Origin: Corallococcus sp. AS-1-12
GTDB taxonomy: Bacteria; Myxococcota; Myxococcia; Myxococcales; Myxococcaceae
Length of the DNA: 64,000 bases
Assembly (NCBI RefSeq): GCF_020036995.1
Contig: NZ_JAIQDD010000010.1
Coordinates: 225,433 to 289,432 of the forward strand
Reading direction: 5' to 3'
Shown: piece after piece, positions 45,427 to 55,197 of the stretch
Numbering within the stretch: position 1 is the first letter of the stretch
Layout of the letters: the number at the start of each line of letters is the position of its first letter
Notes under the pieces: model-generated
The model's database searches: none
What the model was told of the DNA's origin: nothing
The model's input: the letters and a program-made list of their open reading frames with translations, nothing else
Position numbers and translations under genes: made by a program

Positions 45427-46053
45427 TCAGCTATGCTCCAGCACGACGCCTTCGATGACGTTGGCCACGCCCTGGCACTTGTCCGTGGCCGTCTCGATGA
45501 GGTCGTAGATCTCCTTCCACTTGATGATGGTCAGGGTGTCCACGCCGCTCTTGAACAGCCGGCCCATGCCCGCGCGCAGGACCTCGTCCGCCTGGGTCTC
45601 CAGGTGCTTGATCTCCTTGCACCCCGCGAGGATCTGCTCCGGCTTCTTGATGAGCCGCAGCGCCGCGACGACCTCCTGCACCTTGCGCGTGGAGAGCACC
45701 AGCAGCCGCGCCAGCTCCGTGGCGTCCTCGCGGCTGGACTCAATCTCGTAGTAGAGCAGCCGCGCCGCCGCCGCGTTGGTCAGGTCCAGCACGTCGTCGA
45801 TGCGCGACAGGAGCGTGTGGATCTGACCCCGGTCGAACGGGGTGATGAACTGCTGGTGGAGCCGGTTGAAGGCCGTGTGGGTGACCTCGTCGCCCCGGTG
45901 CTCCACGTCCTTGAGGGCCTGGACTCGCGCGGGCACGTCCCGGAAGTCGCTCAAGAGGTCGTGCAGGAGCTTCGCTCCCTCGACAGTTCTGGCGCATTGC
46001 GCGTCGAAGTCGTCGAAGAACTCGTCCGACTTCGGCATCAGCTTTTCGAGCAT
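45427..46053 (-). CDS. DUF47 (PhoU-like) phosphate-transport regulator family protein, PiT-associated
   Basis: Typical DUF47 length and helical bundle sequence. One nt upstream of pit, the standard two-gene arrangement. Confidence 0.8.
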   Translation of the reverse strand: MLEKLMPKSDEFFDDFDAQCARTVEGAKLLHDLLSDFRDVPARVQALKDVEHRGDEVTHTAFNRLHQQFITPFDRGQIHTLLSRIDDVLDLTNAAAARLLYYEIESSREDATELARLLVLSTRKVQEVVAALRLIKKPEQILAGCKEIKHLETQADEVLRAGMGRLFKSGVDTLTIIKWKEIYDLIETATDKCQGVANVIEGVVLEHS

Positions 46054-46231
46054 GGGGATCTCCCTCGGCGCCTGGAGGGACAGGAGCTGTCCGCCGCGGG
46101 AGGTGGGTGGCGCCTCTGGAGGGGTGACACTCCCGTGACGCGGGAGTGAGTACCCTACCTGGAGAGATTCGCCAGTGTTCCGTGCGAAAACGTACGGATT
46201 CCGAGGGGTTGTGCTTGACGCGAGGCGCCGC

Positions 46232-46894
46232 TCAGACGACGCGGTTGCGCAGCTCCTCGAAGAATCCCACCCACAACTGCCACATCTCCTCGGCGCCGCG
46301 CGTGATGGTGGCCAGCTCCGCGTCCGTGTACTGGAGGCCCACCGTGTGGCCGGCCGTCTCCACGTGGTCCGGCTCCTGCTTCACGTGGATGTCCACCCAG
46401 GGCAGGGCCTTGAGGCCCGTGGTGCGGCGCACCAGCTTGCCCAGCTTGGCCACCATGGTGAGGTCCGCCACCTCCGTGCCATAGAGGAAGCCCAGGCCCG
46501 TGAGGTGGCTGTCCGTGGAGCGCTGGTAACCGTCGATGAGCCGGCGCGTCGCGGGCGTCATGTCCGCCTCGGACACGCCCGCCTTCGTGAAGCCCGCGTC
46601 CGTCATCGTCTGGATGAAGAAGCGCTCGTGCGCCCTCGCCGGGTCTCCCTCGCCCACCTCCTGGTTGAGGATGTGCGTCACGGCCGTCTTCATCTCCATC
46701 TGCGGACAGACGGCGATGAGCTTGCCCAGGAAGGTGGGGAAGTAGTGCAGGGGGTGCCACCACTGACCCAGCACCATCTCCGCCTGTTCGCGGCTGAAGG
46801 CCTTCTCATCCACCACCTCGAAGAACCGGTGCTTGATCAACTGCTCTCGGTGGGAGTTCTTCGCCAGTGCCGCCTCGATGGTCTGGTTCCGCAT
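46232..46894 (-). CDS. Heme-oxygenase-like fold protein (TenA/PqqC/CADD 'iron-containing redox enzyme' superfamily), possibly a diiron enzyme
   Basis: 220-aa helical protein with E..H and H-x6-D-H spacing (NQEVGEGDPARAHERF; DIHVKQEPDHVE) reminiscent of HDO/CADD metal ligands. Motif-level inference only. Confidence 0.5.
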   Translation of the reverse strand: MRNQTIEAALAKNSHREQLIKHRFFEVVDEKAFSREQAEMVLGQWWHPLHYFPTFLGKLIAVCPQMEMKTAVTHILNQEVGEGDPARAHERFFIQTMTDAGFTKAGVSEADMTPATRRLIDGYQRSTDSHLTGLGFLYGTEVADLTMVAKLGKLVRRTTGLKALPWVDIHVKQEPDHVETAGHTVGLQYTDAELATITRGAEEMWQLWVGFFEELRNRVV

Positions 46895-47113
46895 TGCCGC
46901 CTCCAGGTGGGTCCAAAAGGGCTGGGTCGGCGTTTATCACAAAGCAGGACTGAGATTCTTGGAAATGTAGAAAGACAAGTTCAATACGACTACGTGGTTT
47001 GCCGCCAGTGTGGAACGTGCAGGCAGGCGAGGGTGGGCTGTTCGGCGTGGGGGCTGACAGCCTACAGTTGGAAAATCGGCATTTTCTCCCTGGCCCCCTT
47101 GTACGGAAGACGC
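46895..47113. promoter_or_regulatory. AT-enriched divergent intergenic region between the heme-oxygenase-like gene (-) and the desaturase (+)
   Basis: ttatcacaaagcaggactgagattcttggaaatgtagaaagacaagttcaatacgactacg is unusually AT-rich for this sequence. Confidence 0.35.
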
Positions 47114-47998
47114 ATGACCCTGTTCCGGCACCCTGAAGATCGCATCCCGGTCCTGATGTTCCTTGGCGTCTTCGCGCTCGACATGACGGTGTTCCTCACG
47201 GCGCGAAGCTGGTGGGTACCGGTGCTGTGGTTCGGGCTGGGCATCATCCCCAAGGGGTGGATCTGCTCGTGGAACCACCACCACCAGCACCTGTCCTTCT
47301 TCAAGCACGCGCTGCCCAACCGGCTCCTGGAGATTGTCTTCGGCTTCCAGACGGGCGTGACGTCGCAGGCGTGGTTCCTCCATCACGTGCTGGGCCACCA
47401 CAAGAACTACCTGGACCAGTCGCAGGACGAGTCGCGCTGGAAGCGGGAGGACGGCTCGACGATGGGCGAGGTGGAGTACTCGCTGGGCACGGCGCTGACC
47501 GCCTACCCGCGCGCGTTCCAGGTGGGCCGGAAGCACCACCCCAAGGCGCTGCGCACGTTCGTGGTGATGGCCGCGCTCCAGGTGGTGCTGCTGGCGGGCC
47601 TGTTCTGGGTGAACCCCTACAACGCGCTCTTCGTGTTCCTGCTGCCCATGATGGCGTCGCTCTACGTGACGACCTGGGCCACGTACTTCCACCACGTGGG
47701 CCTGGACACGGCGAACCACTCGGAGGCCTCGTACAACATCCTCCACAAGGGCTACAACCTGATGACGGGCAACCTGGGCTACCACACCGCGCATCACACG
47801 CGGCACGGCCTGCACTGGTCCAAGCTGCCGGAGCTGCACGCGCAGTTGGCGCGCGACATCCCCGCGAACCTGTACCGCCAGCCGGGCATCCCGTTCGTCT
47901 GGCGCGGCTCCGAGGAGAAGCTGGTGCTGAGCGAGCACGAGGTCGCCGCGCTCACCGGCGGGCCCGTGGAGGGCCGCGGGGAGAAGCTGGCCGCCTAG
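47114..47998 (+). CDS. Membrane fatty acid desaturase (FA_desaturase family, DesA/sphingolipid-desaturase-like)
   Basis: Histidine boxes HHHQH, HHVLGHH and HTAHHTRH. ATG at 47114, in frame within ORF 46175..47998. Confidence 0.8.
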   Translation: MTLFRHPEDRIPVLMFLGVFALDMTVFLTARSWWVPVLWFGLGIIPKGWICSWNHHHQHLSFFKHALPNRLLEIVFGFQTGVTSQAWFLHHVLGHHKNYLDQSQDESRWKREDGSTMGEVEYSLGTALTAYPRAFQVGRKHHPKALRTFVVMAALQVVLLAGLFWVNPYNALFVFLLPMMASLYVTTWATYFHHVGLDTANHSEASYNILHKGYNLMTGNLGYHTAHHTRHGLHWSKLPELHAQLARDIPANLYRQPGIPFVWRGSEEKLVLSEHEVAALTGGPVEGRGEKLAA

Positions 47999-48068
47999 CG
48001 GTCCCGCCGTCCCCGCTGCAAGCCCCCGCCGGAAGTGCTCCCTTCCGGCGGCGGGGCGCCGCGGACGG

Positions 48069-49487
48069 CTACTTCGGCTGCTGCGGCTCCGTCGTGCGGT
48101 TCGCCGCGAGGCTGATGACGTTGAGGAGCAGGTCCTTCACGCGGCGGGGCTTGTTGCCGCCGTTGTCCTCGATGATCTTCTCGATGTCGTCATCCTGCCG
48201 GTGGTACTCAGGGATGAGGTCGCCGCCGCCCTCGGGGTTGGACAGGCCCTCGAAGAGGAAGAGCACGTCCTCGCCCTTGCGCCCGAAGGACGCGCCGTCC
48301 TGCCGGTCGCGGTAGACGTTGATGTCGCGGTTGATGCGGTCGAACGGATCCGCCAACTGCTGGTTCGCCTGGTCCACCACGTCGCGGAAGTAGTTGGGCT
48401 GGCCCTTGGTGTTGGTGTCCACCACGGACAGGCGCTGATCATCCCAGCGGCCCACCATGTCCGTGTTGATGACGCCGGCGATGTTCTTCAGCTCCAGGCC
48501 GGGGATGGGGTGGTCCACGAAGTACTGCGAGCCCACCAGGCCCTTCTCCTCCGCGCCCGTCCAGATGAAGAGCACGGAGCGGTCCAGCTTGCCGTTCTTC
48601 GCGGCCTCCGCCAGCTCCGGCACCGCCGCCATCAGCACCGCGCTGCCGGACGCGTTGTCGTCCGCGCCGTTGAACGGGTTGCCCTTGCGGTCCACGCCCA
48701 CGTGGTCCAGGTGGGCCATCACCACGATGACCTCGTCCTTGTGGGGGCCCGTGCCGGGCAGCATGGCCATGGTGTTCACCGCCTGGCCCGTGGCCGTGGC
48801 CACCTGCTGGAGCTCCTCCACGCTGCGCTGCTTGCCCGCGCGCGCCGGCACCACCGACTGGCCCGCCGCCTTCATCGTCTGCTCGTACTGCTGGTTGAGC
48901 CGCTTCAGCGTGTCCTTGGGCATCTTCTCGTCCAGGTAGAAGCCCTCCTGGAAGAGCGTGTGGCCGAACTCCTTGTGCTCGGCGTGGGCTCCGGCCGTCT
49001 CGCCCGCCTTGTCCGCGCCCAGCCAGGAGTAGACCTTGAACTTCTGCTGGAAGGGGTTCTCCGGGTTGTTGATGTTGGGCCCCACCAGCCCGTACTTCTC
49101 CGCGTGGGCCTGCACGTAGACGGAAGCGGCGTCCAGGCCCGCGGAGGGGCTGTCACGCCCCTGCAGCGCGTCCGAGGCCAGGTACTCGAGGTGCGTCATC
49201 GGGTCCGAGTCGGCCGACACGGGCGGCTCGGTGGGCGCCTCCGGCGGCACGGGCGTCGTCGGCGCGGGCGTCGGGGTGGTGGGCGCGGGCAGCCCCAAAA
49301 TCGGCGGCGGCGCGGGCAGCCGGGGCAGTTGGCCGGGCGCGGGGCGCGTGCCGCCGGAGGACTCGAAGCCGTCCTTCCAGGCGATGGGGCGGTTCCGGGA
49401 CTTCGCCTCCGTCGTCCGGGCGTCCTGCGAGGACAGCCGCGAGACGGAGGTGAGGGGACGCGAGCTGTCGTTGATCTTCGAGGCCAT
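48069..49487 (-). CDS. M28-family zinc peptidase (aminopeptidase-like)
   Basis: HLDHVG...DDNASGSA...TGAEEKGLVGS...NTDMVG metal-binding blocks. The N-terminus is a Pro/Thr-rich linker with no clear signal peptide, so the start is uncertain. Confidence 0.8.
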   Translation of the reverse strand: MASKINDSSRPLTSVSRLSSQDARTTEAKSRNRPIAWKDGFESSGGTRPAPGQLPRLPAPPPILGLPAPTTPTPAPTTPVPPEAPTEPPVSADSDPMTHLEYLASDALQGRDSPSAGLDAASVYVQAHAEKYGLVGPNINNPENPFQQKFKVYSWLGADKAGETAGAHAEHKEFGHTLFQEGFYLDEKMPKDTLKRLNQQYEQTMKAAGQSVVPARAGKQRSVEELQQVATATGQAVNTMAMLPGTGPHKDEVIVVMAHLDHVGVDRKGNPFNGADDNASGSAVLMAAVPELAEAAKNGKLDRSVLFIWTGAEEKGLVGSQYFVDHPIPGLELKNIAGVINTDMVGRWDDQRLSVVDTNTKGQPNYFRDVVDQANQQLADPFDRINRDINVYRDRQDGASFGRKGEDVLFLFEGLSNPEGGGDLIPEYHRQDDDIEKIIEDNGGNKPRRVKDLLLNVISLAANRTTEPQQPK

Positions 49488-49623
49488 GGTGGGGAGTCCG
49501 GGGGGGAGGAACCGCGCTCCCCAGATTATCCGCCGGACCCCCCGCGGAGTTGTGCCCCCCGGCGAAGTTCCGCCTGGGAGTGCGGCGCCATGACGCTCCG
49601 TGTGAGACCCGGCTTGCTACAAA

Positions 49624-49640
49624 TCACATGTTTCATGTGA
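49624..49640. promoter_or_regulatory. Perfect 7-3-7 palindrome TCACATG-ttt-CATGTGA in the divergent promoter region between the M28 peptidase and the lipoprotein gene, a candidate dimeric regulator site
   Basis: Seen directly at 49624-49640. The 10-mer TTTCATGTGA recurs at 59715-59724 upstream of the 59757 gene. Confidence 0.35.
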
Positions 49641-49764
49641 CATCCGGCGCTACCCTGTTTTCTCAATCATTGAACAACGTGACTGAAGACAGACGGACCT
49701 GGGGTGTTGGCGCGCGGGGTGCAGTGGGGACGGGGGCAGTCCACCCCACACGACGAGGTAGTAC

Positions 49765-50577
49765 ATGCATCTGAGAATCACGGGTTCCCTGCTGGCGTCC
49801 ATGCTGTTGAGCATCACGGGCTGCGCGGGCGGCGCCGACGACGGCCAGGCCGGCTCCCTGGGCGCGCAGGAGGCCGCGGCGTCCCAGTGCGTGAAGCGGT
49901 TCGACGGCATCACGAGCTGCGCGCTGGGCCGCGCGAAGGTGGAGTCCGTCGCGGAGGGGCTGGCGGTGTCCAACCTCACGACGCAGAAGGACGGCGTCTC
50001 CAGCAGCTTCACGCAGGCCGTGAAGTGGGAGCAGCGCGTGGCGATGAGCCTGGGGGCGCAGGGCGGCTACCAGTTGGCCGCGCGCGATGGCGATCAGGTC
50101 GTCAGCACGCTGCGGGTGACGCCGGGCCGCGAGGCGAACACGGTCAACATGGCCCCCTCGTTCACGGGCTCGCCGGGCGGCTCCGCGTACCGGATGAACA
50201 TCTACCGCGGGGGCGTGCTCCAGGGCAGCAGCAGCCAGCCCGCCGGGATGGTCATCACCTTCACCAACTGGCGGGACTTCATCCGCTGGGCGGAGATGAA
50301 CCACTTCTTCCTGAACGACTTCGACATCGACGGGCTGTCCACCGGCTCCGCGGAGACGAACGTGGGCGCGTGCGTGTGGCGCTTGAACGCGGAGAAGAAC
50401 ACCTTCACCGTGGACATCGACGGCAAGTCCATCACCGGTGACTCGGTGGAGTTCATCGAGACCGTCGCGGATGGCGCGTACCCGTACCGCCACTTCACGG
50501 GCATCGACACGAACGCCATCGCCGGCCAGTACACCATCCGCTCCGAGTCCATCACCCAGCCCACGGGCGTGAAGTAG
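49765..50577 (+). CDS. Lipoprotein, hypothetical (270 aa)
   Basis: Lipobox LLSITGC. No recognisable domain. Confidence 0.6.
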   Translation: MHLRITGSLLASMLLSITGCAGGADDGQAGSLGAQEAAASQCVKRFDGITSCALGRAKVESVAEGLAVSNLTTQKDGVSSSFTQAVKWEQRVAMSLGAQGGYQLAARDGDQVVSTLRVTPGREANTVNMAPSFTGSPGGSAYRMNIYRGGVLQGSSSQPAGMVITFTNWRDFIRWAEMNHFFLNDFDIDGLSTGSAETNVGACVWRLNAEKNTFTVDIDGKSITGDSVEFIETVADGAYPYRHFTGIDTNAIAGQYTIRSESITQPTGVK

Positions 50578-50638
50578 CCCCAGGGCCCGGATTCCAGGCG
50601 CCGGACGGGGATCACGGCCCCGTCCGGCGTCTTCGCGC

Positions 50639-53089
50639 CTAGCGTCTCCCGGAGACGGAGGACGTGGGCGTCGCCACGTTCCGGCCGCTGCCCCCCACGC
50701 CCGTGGCGGGGCTCACCGTGGGCGTGCGCGCGGCCTCCAGCGGGGCCTTGCGGGCCGGCGCGAAGGCGGCGGGGACTTCATTGGCGTAGAGCAGCTTGTA
50801 GGCGCTGTAGCTGCTGAGCACGCGCTTCACGTAGTCGCGGGTCTCGTCGAAGGCGATGTGCTCCACCCACTCGTCCAGCTCCGCCTGGGGCAGGGCCTTG
50901 CGCCAGCGCTCCACCGCCGCGGGGCCCGCGTTGTAGGCGGCCACCGCGTAGGCGGGGTTGCCGTCGAAGTGCTTGAGCAGCGAGCCCAGGTACGCCGCCC
51001 CCAGCCGGATGTTCTGCGCGGGCTGGAGCAGCGACGACACGTCGAACGACGCCAGCTTGAGCGAGTCCGCCACCGCCTGGGCCGTCGTGGGCATGAGCTG
51101 CGCGAGCCCCAGCGCGCCGGTGGACGAGCGCGCGCGAGGGTTGAAGCGGCTCTCCTCGCGGATGAGGCCCTGGAGCAGGTCGGGGTCCACGCGCGCGGCC
51201 CGCGAATGGCTCTGGATGAGCGGCCGGAACGCGAGCGGCCACGTCGCCTCCCACACCGGACGGGACGCGGCGCTGAGCGGCCCGGCGGCCTCCTGGCGCA
51301 GCGTCACGCGGGCCACCTGCCGCGTGGCCCGGCCCCGGCCGGTGCGGCGCATGGTCTGGTAGAGCAGCCGCGCGGGCGCCTCCGCCAGGCCGCGCGTGTC
51401 CACCGCGAGCAGCTCCTCCACCACGCCCGGCTGGCCCAGGCGCAAAAGCTCCACGCCCGCCGCGAAGCGCGCGTCCTTCTGGAGCGGGCCGGGGGGCAGG
51501 GGCCAGACCTCGTCGTTGGCCGGCGCGGCGGTGTTCACCGCCTTCACCGTGGCCGGCCGCGCGGCGGCCTCCGTCAACCGCGCCAGCCGCTCCGGCGCGT
51601 GCTGGGCCAGCCGCGTCCGGGACAGCAGCCCGTACCAGGCCGTGGGCCGCTCGGTGGCGATGAGCTCGTAGCGCGCGAGCGCCGCGTCCACCGCGCCGGC
51701 GTTCTCCTGGGTCCGCGCCTGCCAGTAGCGCGCGCGCCAGAGGGCGTCGTCCGTGCGCGCGGCCTCCGGCAACTGCTCCACCGACATCAGCGACGCCAGG
51801 CCCGGCTGCGTCTCGCCCTTGCGCAGGTGCAGCCAGAAGGCGCGGAAGAGGGCCTCGGCGGCGAAGTTGCCGGCCGGGTAGCGCTTCGCCAGCGCCTCGT
51901 AGTTCTCCAGCGCCTCGTCCGCGCGGCCCAGGCGCTGCTGCGTCCAGGCCTCGAAGAAGAGCGCGTCGTCCGCGTAGCCGTGCTCCGGGTAGTCCCGCGC
52001 CAGCGTGGCGTACGTCTCCACCGCCGCCTCGGGCTGCACCACGGACTGCGAATAGGCGAGCAGGTAGAGCGCCTGCGGACGCTGCTCGGGCGACTGGCAC
52101 TCGCGCGCCACCGGCTCCAGCACCTGGATGGCGCGGCGGTGCTGACGCTCCTTGCGCAGGGCGCGGCCCAGGGTGAGCTGGGCGCGGCAGGCCAGCTCGT
52201 CCGGGAGCTCCGTGCGGGGCCCCGAGCGGGCCAGCATGTTCATGGCCGCGACGTTCTGGTGCAGCTCCACCAGCGCCTCCGCGCGGCGCACGCGCCACTT
52301 CATGGGCAGGGGCAGGTCGCGCAGCAGTGCGCGCGCGCGGTCCGCCTCCGGCGACAGGGGCGCGGTGGCCCAGACCTCCAGCAGCGCGCGGTGCTCCGCG
52401 TTGTACTGCCCTGCCGCGCGCGCCAGGTCGCAGTACGCGAGCAGCGCCTTCATGCGCAGCGCGTCCGGCCCGCGGGCCTGCCGGTTGTCGATGAACTCCT
52501 GGAGCGCGGCGAGCGCCTCCGGGATGCGGAGCTGGCGCTTGAGCACGCGCGCCATGGTGAAGCGGGCCTCCGGATAGAGCGGGGAGCCGGGGCTCACCTG
52601 GCCATACTGCTCCGCCGCGCGCAGCGGCTTGCGCAGCCGCTCATGCGCCTGCGCGGCCTTCATCAGGCAGTGGTCTCGCAGCGGGACGTAGTCCTCCGCG
52701 AGCGCGGTGAACTCCGCGGCGGCGGTCGCGAAGTCCCGCGCGAGGAACGCGCTCTGCGCCTGGAGGAAGCGGCCGGGGAGGGAAGGGGAGGGCTCCGTCG
52801 CGAGCAGCGCCCGCGCGGACTTGTACCGGCCGCGGTCGAACTCCGCCTTCGCCTTGGCCAGCAGGCCCTCCGCGAAGTAGGGCGTCAGCCGCTCCGGCCC
52901 GAAGGCCTCCGCCGTCACCTCGTCCTGCGAGGGCTGCGCCGTGGGCGTGTCGAGCAGGGCCTCCAGCTTCTCCTCCGACATCACGTCGCCGGAGTCGTCC
53001 TCGCCGGGCGCCTGCGCCCACGCGGTGCCCGGGGCCCACAGGCCCGCGCACGCGAGCACCACCGCTGCTGTTCCTCGAAGTCCGTCCAT
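50639..53089 (-). CDS. slt: Soluble lytic murein transglycosylase (Slt70-like; TPR/superhelical N-domain plus C-terminal lysozyme-like domain)
   Basis: Catalytic block LIREESRFNP...GALGLAQLMPTTA...AYNAG. Signal peptide MDGLRGTAAVVLACAGLWAPGTAWA at the ATG at 53089. The upstream 117 codons of the ORF track are a GC-rich extension that I do not count as coding. Confidence 0.85.
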   Translation of the reverse strand: MDGLRGTAAVVLACAGLWAPGTAWAQAPGEDDSGDVMSEEKLEALLDTPTAQPSQDEVTAEAFGPERLTPYFAEGLLAKAKAEFDRGRYKSARALLATEPSPSLPGRFLQAQSAFLARDFATAAAEFTALAEDYVPLRDHCLMKAAQAHERLRKPLRAAEQYGQVSPGSPLYPEARFTMARVLKRQLRIPEALAALQEFIDNRQARGPDALRMKALLAYCDLARAAGQYNAEHRALLEVWATAPLSPEADRARALLRDLPLPMKWRVRRAEALVELHQNVAAMNMLARSGPRTELPDELACRAQLTLGRALRKERQHRRAIQVLEPVARECQSPEQRPQALYLLAYSQSVVQPEAAVETYATLARDYPEHGYADDALFFEAWTQQRLGRADEALENYEALAKRYPAGNFAAEALFRAFWLHLRKGETQPGLASLMSVEQLPEAARTDDALWRARYWQARTQENAGAVDAALARYELIATERPTAWYGLLSRTRLAQHAPERLARLTEAAARPATVKAVNTAAPANDEVWPLPPGPLQKDARFAAGVELLRLGQPGVVEELLAVDTRGLAEAPARLLYQTMRRTGRGRATRQVARVTLRQEAAGPLSAASRPVWEATWPLAFRPLIQSHSRAARVDPDLLQGLIREESRFNPRARSSTGALGLAQLMPTTAQAVADSLKLASFDVSSLLQPAQNIRLGAAYLGSLLKHFDGNPAYAVAAYNAGPAAVERWRKALPQAELDEWVEHIAFDETRDYVKRVLSSYSAYKLLYANEVPAAFAPARKAPLEAARTPTVSPATGVGGSGRNVATPTSSVSGRR

Positions 53090-53528
53090 GCCAGCCCTCG
53101 TTCGTCCGCCAGGGACCCCGATGGATTGGCACTGCCCGTGCGCTTGGAACCTGCCCGCCTGTCCCCTTGCCAGGCCCGCGTTGCCTTTCGTGCATCCACC
53201 CCCAGGCACACATCGGGAGCGCTGCAAGAAAGCCAACGGCCGGCGGGCCGGGCGTCTGGCGCCTGGGGTGCTACATACCCAGAGGCGCCTGCCTGCTGTC
53301 AGGACGTGCGTGACGCAAAGGCCGCCGGGATTGTCCTGGATGGCGGAGCCCTCGCCGTGTCCTCGACTTCGCGCCAGAGGGGATGAGCGTCTGCCTTTGG
53401 GTCTCGCCGGAGCGGGGCAGGCTGTAGACAGATGATACATGAGGGAAACCGATGTGAAGCATTGGGTCCTCTTGCGGTCGGCGGGCCTGTAGCTTTACCG
53501 TGCGCCTGCTGCCCTCCCCCGGACATCC

Positions 53529-54458
53529 ATGGCCACTCCGAGTCTCCCGTCGTCGAGTGTCGCAGTCGAAGAAGCCAGGCCCTCGCTGGCCCGCGTCTGG
53601 TGGGTCGCGCTGCGGCCCAAGACGCTCACGGCCTCCATCGCGCCCACGCTGGTGGGGTGGGCCTTCGCCAACGTGGAGGGGGGCTGGCGGCCGGTGCCGG
53701 CGCTGACCTTCCTGGTGGGCTTCATGCTGGCGCAGATCGTCAGCAACCTGGTGAACGACTACTCGGACTTCGAGCGCGGCGCGGACACGGCGGCCCGTCT
53801 GGGGCCCGCGCGCGTCACGCAGAAGGGCTGGCTGTCCTCACGTGAGGTGGCGGGCGCCGCGGCCCTGGCCTTCACCGGCGCCGCGCTGGCGCTGCTGCTC
53901 CTGACGCAGGCGGGCGGCTGGCCCGTGCTCGCGGGCGGCGCGGTCTGCCTGGCGGGCGCGGTCCTCTATTCCGCGGGCCCCGTGCCGCTGGGCTACATGG
54001 GCCTGGGGGACCTGCTGGTGCTGCTCATCTCCGGCCTCCTGGGCGTCACCGGCAGCTACGGGGTGCTCACCCATCACCTCTCCGGCGACGTGGTGCTCGC
54101 GGGCCTGTCCATGGGGCTCATCGCCGCGGGCATCCTCGCGGTGAACAACCTGCGCGACCGCGAGACGGACGTCCTCGCCGGCAAGCGCACGCTGGTGGTG
54201 CGCTTCGGCCGCCGCTTCGGCCAGTGGGAGTACACGCTCGCGGTGGCGGGGGCGTTCGCGCTGCCGCTCATCGCCTGGGCGCTGTCGCCGGAGCATCCGC
54301 GCGCGTGGCTCTTCACGCTGGCGGGCCTGCCGCTCGCGGCGGTGCAGATCCGCGCCATCTGGAAGGAGGACGGCGGCGCGCTCAACCCGCACCTGGGGCG
54401 CACCGCGGGGCTGGGGCTGGTGTTCGCCGTGCTCCTGTCCGCCGGTCTCAGCCTCTGA
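53529..54458 (+). CDS. menA: 1,4-dihydroxy-2-naphthoate polyprenyltransferase (UbiA superfamily), menaquinone biosynthesis
   Basis: First Asp-rich motif NLVNDYSDFERGAD plus 8-9 TM helices, a MenA-like layout. Confidence 0.8.
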   Translation: MATPSLPSSSVAVEEARPSLARVWWVALRPKTLTASIAPTLVGWAFANVEGGWRPVPALTFLVGFMLAQIVSNLVNDYSDFERGADTAARLGPARVTQKGWLSSREVAGAAALAFTGAALALLLLTQAGGWPVLAGGAVCLAGAVLYSAGPVPLGYMGLGDLLVLLISGLLGVTGSYGVLTHHLSGDVVLAGLSMGLIAAGILAVNNLRDRETDVLAGKRTLVVRFGRRFGQWEYTLAVAGAFALPLIAWALSPEHPRAWLFTLAGLPLAAVQIRAIWKEDGGALNPHLGRTAGLGLVFAVLLSAGLSL

Positions 54459-54528
54459 CTCGGCTAGACTCGCAAGCCCCCGCCCGTCCCCCGTTGCATC
54501 CCCCGTCGTCGTTCGCTCCGGAGTCCCC

Positions 54529-54984
54529 GTGTTCTTCGCGCCGAAGGTCTTCCCCGCCTGGGGTTCGCTCAGCCATGCCGCCCGGTCCCTCTACGGTTGG
54601 ACCTTCTACACGGTGCCGCTGGCGCTCCTGACGCTCTTGAGCCCCGCCACCTTCCTCACCGTGGCGGGCATGCAGCCGGACCCCGCGGATCCGCACCACT
54701 TCGCGGTCCGCATGTTCGGGTCGCTCCTCACGTCGCTGTCCTTCATGTCCCACCAGGCCGCGGTGCGGGAGGTCCGCCCGTTCTTCCACTGGGCCGTCAT
54801 CGGCCGGACCTTCATCACCGGCGTGGTGCTCCTGTGCACGGCGCTGGGGCAGTGCCCGCCCATCATGGCCTTCTTCGCCTGCATCGACTTCGGGGGCGGC
54901 ATGTGGACCTTCGTGGGCCTCAAGCGCGACGCCGCCGAGGCCGCCCGCGGCGCCCAGCCCGCCCTGGCCCATCCGACGCCCTGA
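54529..54984 (+). CDS. Small membrane protein, hypothetical (151 aa, 4 TM)
   Basis: Hydrophobic ORF between menA and the cytochrome genes. Non-ATG start. Confidence 0.45.
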   Translation: MFFAPKVFPAWGSLSHAARSLYGWTFYTVPLALLTLLSPATFLTVAGMQPDPADPHHFAVRMFGSLLTSLSFMSHQAAVREVRPFFHWAVIGRTFITGVVLLCTALGQCPPIMAFFACIDFGGGMWTFVGLKRDAAEAARGAQPALAHPTP

Positions 54985-55002
54985 GTCACCCGCGCGATCT
55001 GA

Positions 55003-55023
55003 AGTCCGCGAATTGCGCGGACT
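55003..55023 (+). terminator. Hairpin AGTCCGCG-aattg-CGCGGACT 18 nt after the stop of the 54529..54984 ORF, a weak intrinsic-terminator candidate with a poor U-tract
   Basis: 8-bp perfect stem and 5-nt loop seen in sequence, followed by ctcataatgtggtcagtttg. Confidence 0.25.
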
Positions 55024-55197
55024 CTCATAATGTGGTCAGTTTGAACCGATGAGGTGTTCTCCTCCCAACCCTTTCCTGGCTTCACCATCTCCGCGTAGCG
55101 GAGCGCTGGCGGCGTCGGGAAGGGTGGGGCGCGCGGGCCCGCGCGTGAGGATACCTGCTCCCTTTCCTCCCCCCGACTGCCTCCGGCCTCGTCTTCC

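Noticed and set aside
46128-46148. Hairpin CACTCCCG-tgacg-CGGGAGTG between the heme-oxygenase-like gene and the DUF47 start, considered as a terminator
   Set aside because: No U-tract follows on the transcribed (minus) strand. It may be a regulatory element, but the evidence is too thin to call.
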